NCBI GenBank assembly: GCA_045597065.1
Contig: JAZODO010000160.1
Location: 1 to 34,045 of the forward strand
Origin: Acutalibacteraceae bacterium
Lineage (GTDB): Bacteria > Bacillota > Clostridia > Oscillospirales > Acutalibacteraceae
DNA: 34,045 bases
Reading direction: 5' to 3'
This document shows, one piece after another, positions 16,130 to 24,524 of this stretch (its first letter is position 1; each line of letters opens with the position of its first letter). The notes under the pieces are model-generated. The model did no database searches. It was given only the letters and a program-made list of their open reading frames with translations, and had not been told where the DNA came from. The translations under genes were made by a program, and so were the position numbers.

Positions 16130-18187
16130 TTAGTCGGCTTTGCTTTCGGCAATAATTTTTTGAGCTATTGAGGCAGGGACTTCTTCATAACGGGCAAATT
16201 CGGTATAGAAGGAACCAACACCACGGGTTACAGAGCGGAGAACTGTTGGGAAATCGGCAAGTTCGCTTTCGGGAACTTCGGCTGTAATAACCATAAGTTT
16301 TCCGTCGGGGTCCATACCAAGCACTCTACCGCGACGCTTTGTAACGTCGCCCATAATATCACCCGAGTTATCGGACGGAACGGTTGCAACAAGGGTTACA
16401 ACGGGTTCGAGCAGTACGGGGTTTGCTTCGGGGATACCTGCTTTAAAGGCAAGCGAAGCGGCGGTTTTAAAGGCAAGTTCCGAAGAATCTACCGGATGGT
16501 AGGAACCGTCGGTTAAGGTGGCCTTTACGCCAACCATCGGGTAGCCCGCTAAAACGCCTGTAAGGGCAGATTCTTGTAATCCCTTTTCAACAGCGGGGAA
16601 ATAGTTTTTAGGAACCGCGCCGCCAAATACGGTTTCGGCAAATTCTAAACCTTCGCAGTCGGAGGGTTCGAACTCAATCCAAACATCGCCAAACTGGCCA
16701 TGACCGCCCGATTGTTTTTTATGGCGGCCCTGAGCTTTAGCCTTTTTACGAATAGTTTCGCGGTAGGCAACCTTGGGGGCTTCGAATAATACTTCTACGC
16801 CAAATTTAGCCTTTAATTTGCTTGCAACAATGTCGAGATGTTGTTCGCCAAGACCTGATAGAATGAGTTCGCCGGTAGCATCGTTATTTTTAAGGGTAAC
16901 GGTTGGGTCTTCTTCGGCTAAACGCATAAGGCCGGCGGCGAGTTTTTCTTCTTCGCCCTTATTTTTGGGGCGAACAGCCATTTTATAGTTAGGAAGTTCA
17001 TAGGAAATATCGGGCAAACGAATAGGACGAGCGGGAGAACAAAGGGTATCGCCCGTTCCGGTTGCATTAAGCTTTGCAACGGCGCCGATATCGCCCGCAT
17101 AAACACAGGAAGTTTCTACCTGTTTTTTACCGCAAACGAAGTAAAGTTTACCAATACGTTCGTTAGCGCCTGTTCTCATATTAAGAAGGGTCATATCGGA
17201 GGTAACCTTACCGCTTACAACCTTAAAGTAAACAAGTTTTCCAACAAACGGGTCTACTACTGTTTTAAATACGATAGCGGCGGTTTGAGCATCGTCGCTA
17301 ACGGTAAGTTCAATTTCGTTACCGTTATTATCTACGCCGATTTCGCCGGCAACCGTTTCGGCCCAAGGAGCAAGCCAGATAAGGCCGTTTAAGAGTTGGT
17401 CAACGGCTTGAAGTTCGGCCGCACTTCCGCAGAATACGGGAGCAATTTCACCGCGGCGAACGCCTGTTGCAAGGCCCATAATAAGTTCGTCGGGGGTAAA
17501 TTCTTCGCCCGAGAAATATTTTTCCATAAGTTCTTCGCTTGTTTCGGCAACCGCTTCGTTAATAGCGGTACGAAGACCTTCTAATCGGTGGCCCATATCG
17601 GGCATAGGAACAACCGAAGCCTTACCGTTTTCGTAAGCATAGGCGCGGTATTCGATTAGATTTATGTAACACTGAACCTTATTTTCAACAACATAGGGAA
17701 CAACTATTGGGCAAACCATAGGACCGAAGGTTGTTTTAAGGTCTTCAAACACCTTATAAAAATCGGCATGTTCGTGGTCGATTTTATTTATAAAGAATAA
17801 TTTAGCAATACCTTTTTTAGTAGCGGCATCGAAGGCTTTTTTAGCGCCTACCGAAACGCCGCTCTTACCCGAAATTACAATAACCGAACTACCGGCTGCG
17901 CGGAAGCCTTCGCTTACCGAAGCCGAAAAGTCGAACTGACCGGGAGTATCGATAACGTTAATTTTAACATCTTTCCATTCACAGGGAATAACCGATGCCG
18001 ATACGCTGGATTTTCTGCGGATTTCTTCAGGGTCAAAATCGGAAACGGTATTACCTTCGGCAATAGTGCCTAGGCGGTCGGACTTACCTGTAATATAATA
18101 AGCCGCCTCTACCAAAGAGGTTTTTCCTGCCGAAGCATGGCCGGAAAATACAACGTTTCGAATATTTTTTGCTTTATAGTCTTTCAA
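16130..18187 (-). CDS. Elongation factor G paralogue (EF-G2-like translational GTPase) with divergent switch regions
   Basis: 685 aa with five-domain EF-G length. G1 is GHASAGKTS, G3 is DTPGQFDF, G4 is NKID. TTG start with an AAAGGGG RBS. Confidence 0.8.
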   Translation of the reverse strand: MKDYKAKNIRNVVFSGHASAGKTSLVEAAYYITGKSDRLGTIAEGNTVSDFDPEEIRRKSSVSASVIPCEWKDVKINVIDTPGQFDFSASVSEGFRAAGSSVIVISGKSGVSVGAKKAFDAATKKGIAKLFFINKIDHEHADFYKVFEDLKTTFGPMVCPIVVPYVVENKVQCYINLIEYRAYAYENGKASVVPMPDMGHRLEGLRTAINEAVAETSEELMEKYFSGEEFTPDELIMGLATGVRRGEIAPVFCGSAAELQAVDQLLNGLIWLAPWAETVAGEIGVDNNGNEIELTVSDDAQTAAIVFKTVVDPFVGKLVYFKVVSGKVTSDMTLLNMRTGANERIGKLYFVCGKKQVETSCVYAGDIGAVAKLNATGTGDTLCSPARPIRLPDISYELPNYKMAVRPKNKGEEEKLAAGLMRLAEEDPTVTLKNNDATGELILSGLGEQHLDIVASKLKAKFGVEVLFEAPKVAYRETIRKKAKAQGRHKKQSGGHGQFGDVWIEFEPSDCEGLEFAETVFGGAVPKNYFPAVEKGLQESALTGVLAGYPMVGVKATLTDGSYHPVDSSELAFKTAASLAFKAGIPEANPVLLEPVVTLVATVPSDNSGDIMGDVTKRRGRVLGMDPDGKLMVITAEVPESELADFPTVLRSVTRGVGSFYTEFARYEEVPASIAQKIIAESKAD

Positions 18188-18315
18188 AGGAAGCGCCCCT
18201 TTCGAATATTGTGAACGCGGTTTTTTTACTGTAATTGCTTCTTATTACAGAAAATAGCCCGTTTTTTCGACAAAATGCACAAAACCTATTCATTGATTTT
18301 GCGATTTATATTGTA

Positions 18316-18344
18316 ATATTACCACAAGTTATTCAGTATTTCAA
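18316..18344 (-). promoter_or_regulatory. Possible sigma-A-type promoter for the EF-G-like gene
   Basis: The minus strand reads TTGAAA, a 17-nt spacer, then TAATAT, with TGg upstream. It would give a 5' UTR of roughly 125 nt containing a 7-bp hairpin (18229-18250). Confidence 0.35.
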
Positions 18345-18360
18345 TAGTAATATTAAAATT

Positions 18361-19227
18361 TTAGTATAATATTTTCTTAATTTTTTGTTTTAATATAACC
18401 CTAAACGAAAATAAGCAAACGGCCGCCTTAATAAGGCCGCAAAAAAAGCAAACTATATAGAGAAAAATATCGAGCCTTGAAAAAATATGACCGATAGAGG
18501 CGGTTGAAACGGCGCTTGAATAAGGGTAGATTAGGGTAGACGCGAATTCGCTTCCGAAAACCAATAAGGTATTTAAAAAAGAAATTAAAACAAAGCCGAG
18601 CCCAAAGATAAAAGATAGCGCCATAGGCGGATTTTTAATATTTTTACCCAAAACAGAAAGGGGCAAAAGCGACGATATAAAATATAGGAAATAGCGAATA
18701 AACGCCCCCAAAGCCCCAAAAAGAGTTGGCTCTTTATAGGGTATTAAATATTTAATTTGGGCAAAGGGCAACGAAAAGCCGAACATTAAAAGAATTAAAA
18801 CGGTAAAAAGCGGAAAAATTAAAAGGCTAAATTTAAAAAGTTTCTCCCTTTTAGAAAAGGCTAATACTACCGATAGCCCCAAAAATGCTATAAAGGGTAG
18901 CGCTATACTGCTCCCCTTTAACATTACGCCAGAAACATAGGCCGAAAGATTTAAAAGGCAAAAGGTAAGGCTAATTAAAATAGCAACAGAAAGCCCTAAA
19001 AACAAAACCCACGAAATAAAAGGTTTATTTTTCAGTTTTAAAAGGGTTTTACTTTTTAAGGCGAATTTTATAAAAAACGCACAAGCGGTAACAACCGCCG
19101 CCGCCAGTACAAAACCTAAAAGGTCGTTCGCGGTATTTTTAGTAAAATAAAAAAGCAACAAATTATCGCCTACAACGGTAGTTGCCGCAAGGGCAAAAAA
19201 CTTTCTGTTAAAACAAAGTTCTTTCAT
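18361..19227 (-). CDS. Polytopic membrane protein, probable GerAB/GerKB-type (permease-like) germinant receptor B subunit, short form
   Basis: 288 aa, about 8 hydrophobic segments by eye. It is the third gene after GerAA-like and GerAC-like genes. The assignment is mainly positional. Confidence 0.5.
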   Translation of the reverse strand: MKELCFNRKFFALAATTVVGDNLLLFYFTKNTANDLLGFVLAAAVVTACAFFIKFALKSKTLLKLKNKPFISWVLFLGLSVAILISLTFCLLNLSAYVSGVMLKGSSIALPFIAFLGLSVVLAFSKREKLFKFSLLIFPLFTVLILLMFGFSLPFAQIKYLIPYKEPTLFGALGAFIRYFLYFISSLLPLSVLGKNIKNPPMALSFIFGLGFVLISFLNTLLVFGSEFASTLIYPYSSAVSTASIGHIFSRLDIFLYIVCFFCGLIKAAVCLFSFRVILKQKIKKILY

Positions 19228-19243
19228 TTATATCTCCCTCAGA

Positions 19244-19828
19244 TTATGCCATTTGGTTACCAAAATAGCATAAACCTAAAACCTTTGGCAGATTGTTTTT
19301 AGCGCTTATTAAGGGGAGCGAAAACCTACCCTCGTTTACTAAAAGGGCGGTTTGAATTTCGAAAAGGGCAGTATGGTCGCCAAAGCCGAAATATTTAGCG
19401 TTTTCCCGAGTTAAGGCGCTAATTTCGCTTCCCGACGAAAGAGAAAAAAGGTCTTCTATTTCCGAGGCCGAAACAAGCGGCGTACTAAGCGAAACATTAA
19501 GTTTAGAGCAAAGGTCTAAAACCGTTTCTATTTGGTTTTTAGGCATATTTTGATTTATAGCAATTAACGAACAATGAGAAAAAGAGGGGGTTTTATTAAG
19601 TTTTGTTTTTATATCGTTAAGGGCGCTAAAAGCGGTATCTCCCCTACCCGATACAACCTCTAATTTAGAATTTTCAGCCGACACATTTACATATTGAAGA
19701 TAAATTTCGATATTTTCCTCTACGGCCGAAAAGCCTATTGCCGAAACGGTATATACGGCGTTTGGCTCGGTATAGCCGCAACCCGAAAGAGCCAAAAGAC
19801 ATAAAACTAAAAATAACGCTTTTTTCAT
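19244..19828 (-). CDS. Lipoprotein, probable Ger(x)C-type germinant receptor C subunit, half-length
   Basis: 194 aa with signal peptide and lipobox MKKALFLVLCLLALSGC. Its start overlaps the gerAA-like stop (ATGA), suggesting translational coupling. Canonical GerAC proteins are roughly twice as long. Confidence 0.5.
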   Translation of the reverse strand: MKKALFLVLCLLALSGCGYTEPNAVYTVSAIGFSAVEENIEIYLQYVNVSAENSKLEVVSGRGDTAFSALNDIKTKLNKTPSFSHCSLIAINQNMPKNQIETVLDLCSKLNVSLSTPLVSASEIEDLFSLSSGSEISALTRENAKYFGFGDHTALFEIQTALLVNEGRFSLPLISAKNNLPKVLGLCYFGNQMA

Positions 19829-21279
19829 AAAGTTTTCCTATACTTATTTTTTGTTTGAATTTTTGGGCGAGTAATCATTTTGGTCCAGTTAGCCCTTACT
19901 AAAACATCTTTAAGCCCCTGAAAAGTTGGGGTATTTAGAGATAATGTGGCGCTAGCGCCCAGCGACTTTAAACCCAAAATATGAATTATTACAACACTCC
20001 ACAAAAGAAGTATTCCAAAAACTCCAAGCAAAGCCGCAGCGAATATAAAGCCAAAGCGCAGATAGAAAACGGCAGCGCGAAGGCGCGGCACCATAAGACC
20101 GCATATTCCCGCAAGGGCAACGGCAATAAGAATTGGCGCGCTAATGATTTTAGCTTCTACCGCCGATTGACCTACAACCAAACCGCCAACGATACTAAGG
20201 GCGTGGCCAACGCTTTGGGGCATTCTAACCCCGGTTTCGCGAAGAATTTCAAAGGTAAGGCAGAGCAGTACACATTCGGCCAAACCAGAAAAAGGAACCC
20301 CCTGGCGCGAACGGGAAATAGTTTGGGCAAAGGCTTCGGGCAAAAATTCGAAATGGTAGGTTATAAAGGCCAAAAAAAGGCCCGGAACCGTAACCGAAAG
20401 AAAAAAAGCCAAAAACCTTAAAAACCTTTGGGCCGAGGCTAAAAGATAGCCTATATAATAGTCTTCGTCGGATTGAAAGTTTTCGGAAAAAAGGTAGGGC
20501 ATAGTTATAACAACGGGTGTTGTGTCTACAATCAAAGCTATTCTTCCCTCTAAAAGTCTGGCCGCTACAACATCGGGTCGCTCGGTTGTTCCTACCGTTT
20601 TAAAAAGAGAAAACTTATTATCTCTAACAAGTTCGGTAATATAGTTAGAATCTAAAACCGAATCTATATTTATTTTTGAAAGCTTGGTTTTTAAAGTCCT
20701 TAACATTTCGCGGTTTACAAGCGATTTTAAATAGCAAATAAAAACCATTGTATTTGTTCTTTTTCCAAGGGTTATAAGCTCTGCGCAAAAGTCGGGGGTT
20801 TTAAGGCGGCGGCGAAGCATTGCGAGATTAAACATTGCCGCTTCGTCGAACCCTTCGCGAGGGCCTTCTAAAACCTTTTCGTTTTCGGGTTCGGTAATGC
20901 CGCGAGTTCTCCAACCTTTGCTATTTACAACTATTACGGTTTGGCTATTTTCGAGCAAAAGTAAAGTATCGCCATAGAGGACTGACGAAATCGCGTCTTC
21001 TACCAAAACGGTTTTTTTAATTTCGCTGGCAAAAAGGAGTTTATCGGCAACAAAATCGGCTATAGGTAAATTTTTATCTATTTCGGTTGCGAAAATTAGG
21101 GGTTTTACAACCGATTCATTAATAAGTTCTACGTTTACCATTCCGTCAAAATAAAAGAGGCAAGCCTTTTCATTTTGAAAAACGAGTTCCCTTTTGCGAA
21201 GAACGCTATCGTTTAAAAAAAGGCTTTCGATATATTTTATATTTAAATTTAAAGATTTAAAAAAACGCTTTTCTTCCAT
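19825..21279 (-). CDS. GerAA/GerKA-family spore germination protein (A subunit)
   Basis: About 484 aa with a soluble N-terminal domain and a C-terminal membrane domain. The family hallmark region is present: GRIALIVDTTPVVITMPYLFSENFQSDEDYYIGY. I prefer the ATG at 21279 (GGGTGA RBS) over the TTG at 21291. Confidence 0.85.
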   Translation of the reverse strand: MEEKRFFKSLNLNIKYIESLFLNDSVLRKRELVFQNEKACLFYFDGMVNVELINESVVKPLIFATEIDKNLPIADFVADKLLFASEIKKTVLVEDAISSVLYGDTLLLLENSQTVIVVNSKGWRTRGITEPENEKVLEGPREGFDEAAMFNLAMLRRRLKTPDFCAELITLGKRTNTMVFICYLKSLVNREMLRTLKTKLSKINIDSVLDSNYITELVRDNKFSLFKTVGTTERPDVVAARLLEGRIALIVDTTPVVITMPYLFSENFQSDEDYYIGYLLASAQRFLRFLAFFLSVTVPGLFLAFITYHFEFLPEAFAQTISRSRQGVPFSGLAECVLLCLTFEILRETGVRMPQSVGHALSIVGGLVVGQSAVEAKIISAPILIAVALAGICGLMVPRLRAAVFYLRFGFIFAAALLGVFGILLLWSVVIIHILGLKSLGASATLSLNTPTFQGLKDVLVRANWTKMITRPKIQTKNKYRKTL

Positions 21280-21293
21280 TTTTTCACCCAAAA

Positions 21294-21322
21294 TAGTATT
21301 TGCGCTAAAAAGAGAACTATTC
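21294..21322 (-). promoter_or_regulatory. Possible forespore (sigma-G-like) promoter for the ger operon
   Basis: The minus strand reads cGAATA, a 17-18 nt spacer, then aATACTA. This resembles my recollection of the sigma-G consensus (GHATR/TGAATA, N17-18, CATnnTA). Weak, motif-only. Confidence 0.3.
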
Positions 21323-21343
21323 GGCCCCTTTTTGCATATTATG
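21316..21343 (+). promoter_or_regulatory. Possible mother-cell (sigma-K/E-like) promoter for the 21373/21904 gene pair
   Basis: The plus strand reads AC, a 17-nt spacer, then CATATTAT, resembling the AC-N16/17-CATAnnnT sigma-K pattern. No good TTGACA/TATAAT pair is seen here. Motif-only. Confidence 0.25.
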
Positions 21344-21372
21344 TACTATTAAACTTTATAAAGGAGAAATAT

Positions 21373-21891
21373 ATGGACAAAGCGTTGTTTGAAAAATACA
21401 TAAAAGAAATGCGCCTTATGAAGGAAAATGCAACCCTTAAAGCGCCAAAAGAAGAGGCTGTGAAAACGGCGGCAACCGTGGCCGAGCCTAATAGCCAAGA
21501 TATGATAGGAGAAGGTTTTTTGGTTGTAAACGTAACCTCGGTTAGAGGAATTTACCCTGTTCCCGGCGCTAGGGTAACGGTTTTTACGGGAAGCGAAGAA
21601 GATATGAAAATAGTAGCCGAAGCGGTAACCGACCAAAGCGGGAAAACCCCGATTATACCGTTAAAAGCGCCTTCGTACCTTTTTACCGAAAGCCCCGACC
21701 CTACCGAACGACCTTTCGCCTACTATAACGTTAGAACCGTTGAAGACGGATTTAAAACAAATTTAAACCTAAATGTTGCAATATTTGATAAAATCACCTC
21801 GCTTCAAAACGTAAATCTCGAACCTATTGTAGAAGAAGTTCAAAAAAACCGCCCTATTGTTATTGATGAATTTGAAAACTATACTTTATAA
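21373..21891 (+). CDS. Carboxypeptidase-regulatory-like (Ig-like beta-sandwich) domain protein, no signal peptide
   Basis: 172 aa. The core GFLVVNVTSVRGIYPVPGARVTVFTGSEEDMKIVAEAVTDQSGKTPIIPLKAP has the pattern typical of CarboxypepD_reg-like domains. AAAGGAG RBS. Confidence 0.5.
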   Translation: MDKALFEKYIKEMRLMKENATLKAPKEEAVKTAATVAEPNSQDMIGEGFLVVNVTSVRGIYPVPGARVTVFTGSEEDMKIVAEAVTDQSGKTPIIPLKAPSYLFTESPDPTERPFAYYNVRTVEDGFKTNLNLNVAIFDKITSLQNVNLEPIVEEVQKNRPIVIDEFENYTL

Positions 21892-21903
21892 GGGGGCGTA
21901 AAA

Positions 21904-23250
21904 ATGACTATTCCCGAAAATATAACGGTTCATTTAGGGCGCCCCGATTCTAACGCCGAAAATGTTACCGTTCCATTTATAGACTACGTAAAAAACGTTG
22001 CTTCGAGCGAGATTTACCCTAATTGGCCCGAAAATGCGCTAAGGGCAAACATTTATGCCATTACAACCTATGCGCTTAACCGAATTTACAACGAATGGTA
22101 CCCCTCGCGCGGGTATAACTTTGATATTACTAACTCTACCGCGTTTGACCAAGCCTTTGTAAAAGACCGCGATGTTTTTGAAAACGTTGGCGCTTTGGTT
22201 GATGAACTTTTTAACGATTACGTAGTTCGCCAGGGCACAGTTAATCCCCTTTTTACCCAATTTTGTAACGGAACAACCTCGACCTGCGACGGACTTTCAC
22301 AATGGGGTACGGTAGAACTCGCAAATTCGGGGCTTTCGCCCTTTCAGATTTTACAGCGATATTACGGAGATGATATTACCCTTATAACCGATGCGCCTGT
22401 CGATAATATACCCGAAAGTTACCCGGGTACCCCGCTAAGGATTGGCGATTCGGGGAACGACGTTAAAATTATTCAAAACGAACTAAACAGAATAGCCCAA
22501 AACTACCCCGCTATACCTAAAATTTCTAACCCGAACGGAGTGTTTGGTGTTTCTACCGAAGAGGCGGTAAAAAGTTTTCAAAAAATATTTAACCTAAACC
22601 AAACGGGCGAGGTAGATAAAGCAACTTGGTACAAAATAAAGAGGTATTATGTTGCGGTTAAAAAACTTTCGGAACTAATTAGCGAAGGTGTTAGTTTGCA
22701 AGAGGCCGAGCTTCCTTACGAAGAACTTTTAAAACCGGGTTCGTTTGGTTCACCGGTTAGACTTATTCAATATTATTTAAGCGTTATTGGATATTTTAAC
22801 GAGTCCTTTAATATTGTACCTATTACGGGGGTTTACGACACCGTAACCGAGAACGCTGTTAGGGCTTTTCAAGAGTTTTACGGCCTTACCCCCGACGGAA
22901 TTATAGGCCCAATTACCTGGAACAAACTTAAAGAGGTTTATATAAATACTATTTCTTCCATTCCGTCTGACTTTTATAACGGCCGAGCAAAATTATACCC
23001 GGGTTATGTACTGAGCAGCGGTATGAGAGGCCAGGCGGTTGAGGACCTTCAAACCTATTTAAGCTTTATAGCCGATTATTATAATGATGTTCCTAAAATA
23101 CCTGTTACAGGGTATTTTGGAACCCAAACCGAAAACACGGTACAAACCTTTCAACGCCTTTTCGGGCTGGAGCCCAGCGGAGTGGTTTCGGCCGTTACTT
23201 GGGACGAAATCGCAAAACAGTACGACTTTTTAAAACTAACCGAAACGTAA
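21904..23250 (+). CDS. Peptidoglycan-binding protein: conserved N-terminal ~165-aa domain (possibly SpoIID/LytB-related) plus three PG_binding_1 repeats
   Basis: 448 aa. The N-terminal region reads VPFIDYVKNVASSEIYPNWPENALRANIYAITTYALNRIYNEWYPSRGYNFDITNSTAFDQAF...CDGLSQWGTVELA. Three ~70-aa repeats start near residues 178, 277 and 370, each ending in a (T/A)W..(I/L)K-like motif. No N-terminal signal peptide is visible. Confidence 0.7.
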   Translation: MTIPENITVHLGRPDSNAENVTVPFIDYVKNVASSEIYPNWPENALRANIYAITTYALNRIYNEWYPSRGYNFDITNSTAFDQAFVKDRDVFENVGALVDELFNDYVVRQGTVNPLFTQFCNGTTSTCDGLSQWGTVELANSGLSPFQILQRYYGDDITLITDAPVDNIPESYPGTPLRIGDSGNDVKIIQNELNRIAQNYPAIPKISNPNGVFGVSTEEAVKSFQKIFNLNQTGEVDKATWYKIKRYYVAVKKLSELISEGVSLQEAELPYEELLKPGSFGSPVRLIQYYLSVIGYFNESFNIVPITGVYDTVTENAVRAFQEFYGLTPDGIIGPITWNKLKEVYINTISSIPSDFYNGRAKLYPGYVLSSGMRGQAVEDLQTYLSFIADYYNDVPKIPVTGYFGTQTENTVQTFQRLFGLEPSGVVSAVTWDEIAKQYDFLKLTET

Positions 23251-23277
23251 AAAAGAGAGCCATTAAGGCTCTCTTTT
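23251..23277. terminator. Bidirectional intrinsic terminator between convergent genes
   Basis: aaaagagagcc(attaa)ggctctctttt forms a perfect 11-bp stem flanked by A-run and T-run. It sits between the + stop (23250) and the - stop (23278). Confidence 0.8.
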
Positions 23278-23712
23278 TTAAAGATATTTTCTAATATCGA
23301 TTGCTAGGCGTTCTTCTAGGTTTATAAGACGTTTGCAAATATCTTTGGAAACCTCATCGGCCGCCTCATATTCGTTTAAATAGCGATTAAGCGATTTAAC
23401 CCCCATATTGCATCCGTCGGTCATAAGGTCGGCAATAGTTTCGTCGGTAGAATCTACCGCGAGTTTCATATTGGTTTTCATCCACGACATACCCTTTGCA
23501 ATAGGGTTTGGGTCTTTGCCTTCATCTTTATATTTATCGAGCAGGGTTTGAATTTCGGTGTTTAATTTTTCGTGTTCAATTTTACAGTTAGAAAGATATT
23601 TTTTCATCTCGCTCGACTTTACGCGGTCGATTACATCTTCGATAGATTCGGTTCCCATTTTAACCCCTGCATCACATTCGCGAAGAAGTTTTATTGTATC
23701 TTGTTCTATCAT
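23278..23712 (-). CDS. Hypothetical all-helical protein (four-helix-bundle-like; family not recognised with confidence)
   Basis: 144-aa charged helical protein with an AAAGGATGA RBS. It has a loose resemblance to PA2169/DUF2383-type bundles (…GMSWMKTNMKLAV…TIADLMTDGCNMG…), but that is only an impression. Confidence 0.5.
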   Translation of the reverse strand: MIEQDTIKLLRECDAGVKMGTESIEDVIDRVKSSEMKKYLSNCKIEHEKLNTEIQTLLDKYKDEGKDPNPIAKGMSWMKTNMKLAVDSTDETIADLMTDGCNMGVKSLNRYLNEYEAADEVSKDICKRLINLEERLAIDIRKYL

Positions 23713-23714
23713 AA

Positions 23715-23760
23715 AAAACGGTCATCCTTTCGTAGTTTATACGATAAGTATGACCGTTTT
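23715..23760 (-). terminator. Long-stem terminator after radC that also contains the RBS of the next gene
   Basis: Outer 11-bp stem aaaacggtcat/atgaccgtttt encloses an inner 5-bp stem tcgta/tacga. On the minus strand the hairpin is followed by UUUUUU and then directly by the AUG at 23712. Confidence 0.5.
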
Positions 23761-23768
23761 AAATTAAA

Positions 23769-24470
23769 TTATTCGGCTTTAAAAATATTTTCGAATTCTT
23801 TAGTAAGAGCCATAGACACATAGTCGTTATCGGCAATAATTATATGGTCGACAAGGTTTACCGAAATTGTATCAAGCGCTACTTTAATTCTTTTAGTAAG
23901 TTCTACGTCTTCGCCGGAAGGTAGGGCTACTCCACCGGGGTGATTATGGGCCACAACAACGGCCGTAGCTTCGCTTTTTAAAACCTTTTCAAGAATAGTT
24001 CTAATACTTACTCCTACTATATCTATATTTCCGCCCATTATTTCTTCGAACGAGATTACCTTACCTAGCCTATTTAGGCAAAGAAGCGAAAAGCTTTCGC
24101 GGCTTAGGGCGTAATAGCGGGTTAAAACATAGTTTCCTATATCTTCGTAGTTTTTAAGGGTTTCTTTTTCGCCAAATTTAGTAAGCACATATGTGCGGCC
24201 GATTGGGCGCATAAGTTTTATTAAACTGGCGGCATTTCTTGTCATACCCTTTGTTTTAAGAAGGTCGTCTATATCGGCGTCGAGCACACCGCTAAAATCG
24301 CCGAAACGGGCAATAAGTTCGCGCGCAATAGGGGCGGTATCTTTTTGAGGTATACCGTAAAAGAGCAACATTTCGAGCAGTTTATCGGGCGATTTGGGGT
24401 TAGTAAGGTCGGCCGCTAAGACTTCTTCTTTAAGGCGGTTTCTGTGCCCCTTATGAATATTTTCAGACAA
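23769..24470 (-). CDS. radC: RadC-family JAB/MPN-domain protein (UPF0758)
   Basis: 233 aa. N-terminal HhH-like region GHRNRLKEE...LLEMLLFYGIPQKDT, and a C-terminal JAMM motif AVVVAHNHPGG...PSGEDVELT. TTG start with an AGGAGG RBS. Confidence 0.9.
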   Translation of the reverse strand: MSENIHKGHRNRLKEEVLAADLTNPKSPDKLLEMLLFYGIPQKDTAPIARELIARFGDFSGVLDADIDDLLKTKGMTRNAASLIKLMRPIGRTYVLTKFGEKETLKNYEDIGNYVLTRYYALSRESFSLLCLNRLGKVISFEEIMGGNIDIVGVSIRTILEKVLKSEATAVVVAHNHPGGVALPSGEDVELTKRIKVALDTISVNLVDHIIIADNDYVSMALTKEFENIFKAE

Positions 24471-24484
24471 GTTTATTCCTCCTA

Positions 24485-24513
24485 TTCACAAGATAAGAAA
24501 AGTATGATATAAT
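24485..24513 (+). promoter_or_regulatory. Near-consensus sigma-A-type promoter pointing into the hairpin array / rlu gene
   Basis: TTCACA, a 17-nt spacer, then TATAAT, with TGa immediately upstream (extended -10). The predicted TSS is near 24520, 5 nt before the first hairpin. Confidence 0.45.
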
Positions 24514-24524
24514 GGTTTTAGTAA

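Noticed and set aside
18229-18250. Hairpin ctgtaat(tgcttctt)attacag upstream of the EF-G-like gene, considered as a terminator for the ger operon.
   Set aside because: The adjacent T-run lies 5' of the stem on the plus strand (an A-run 3' on the minus strand). It does not form a canonical intrinsic terminator in either orientation. It may just be 5' UTR structure.
21349-21636. 95-aa minus-strand ORF overlapping the 172-aa plus-strand gene.
   Set aside because: It is antisense to a gene with a good RBS and a recognisable domain pattern. Its translation is Phe/Arg/Tyr-rich, typical of an antisense frame.
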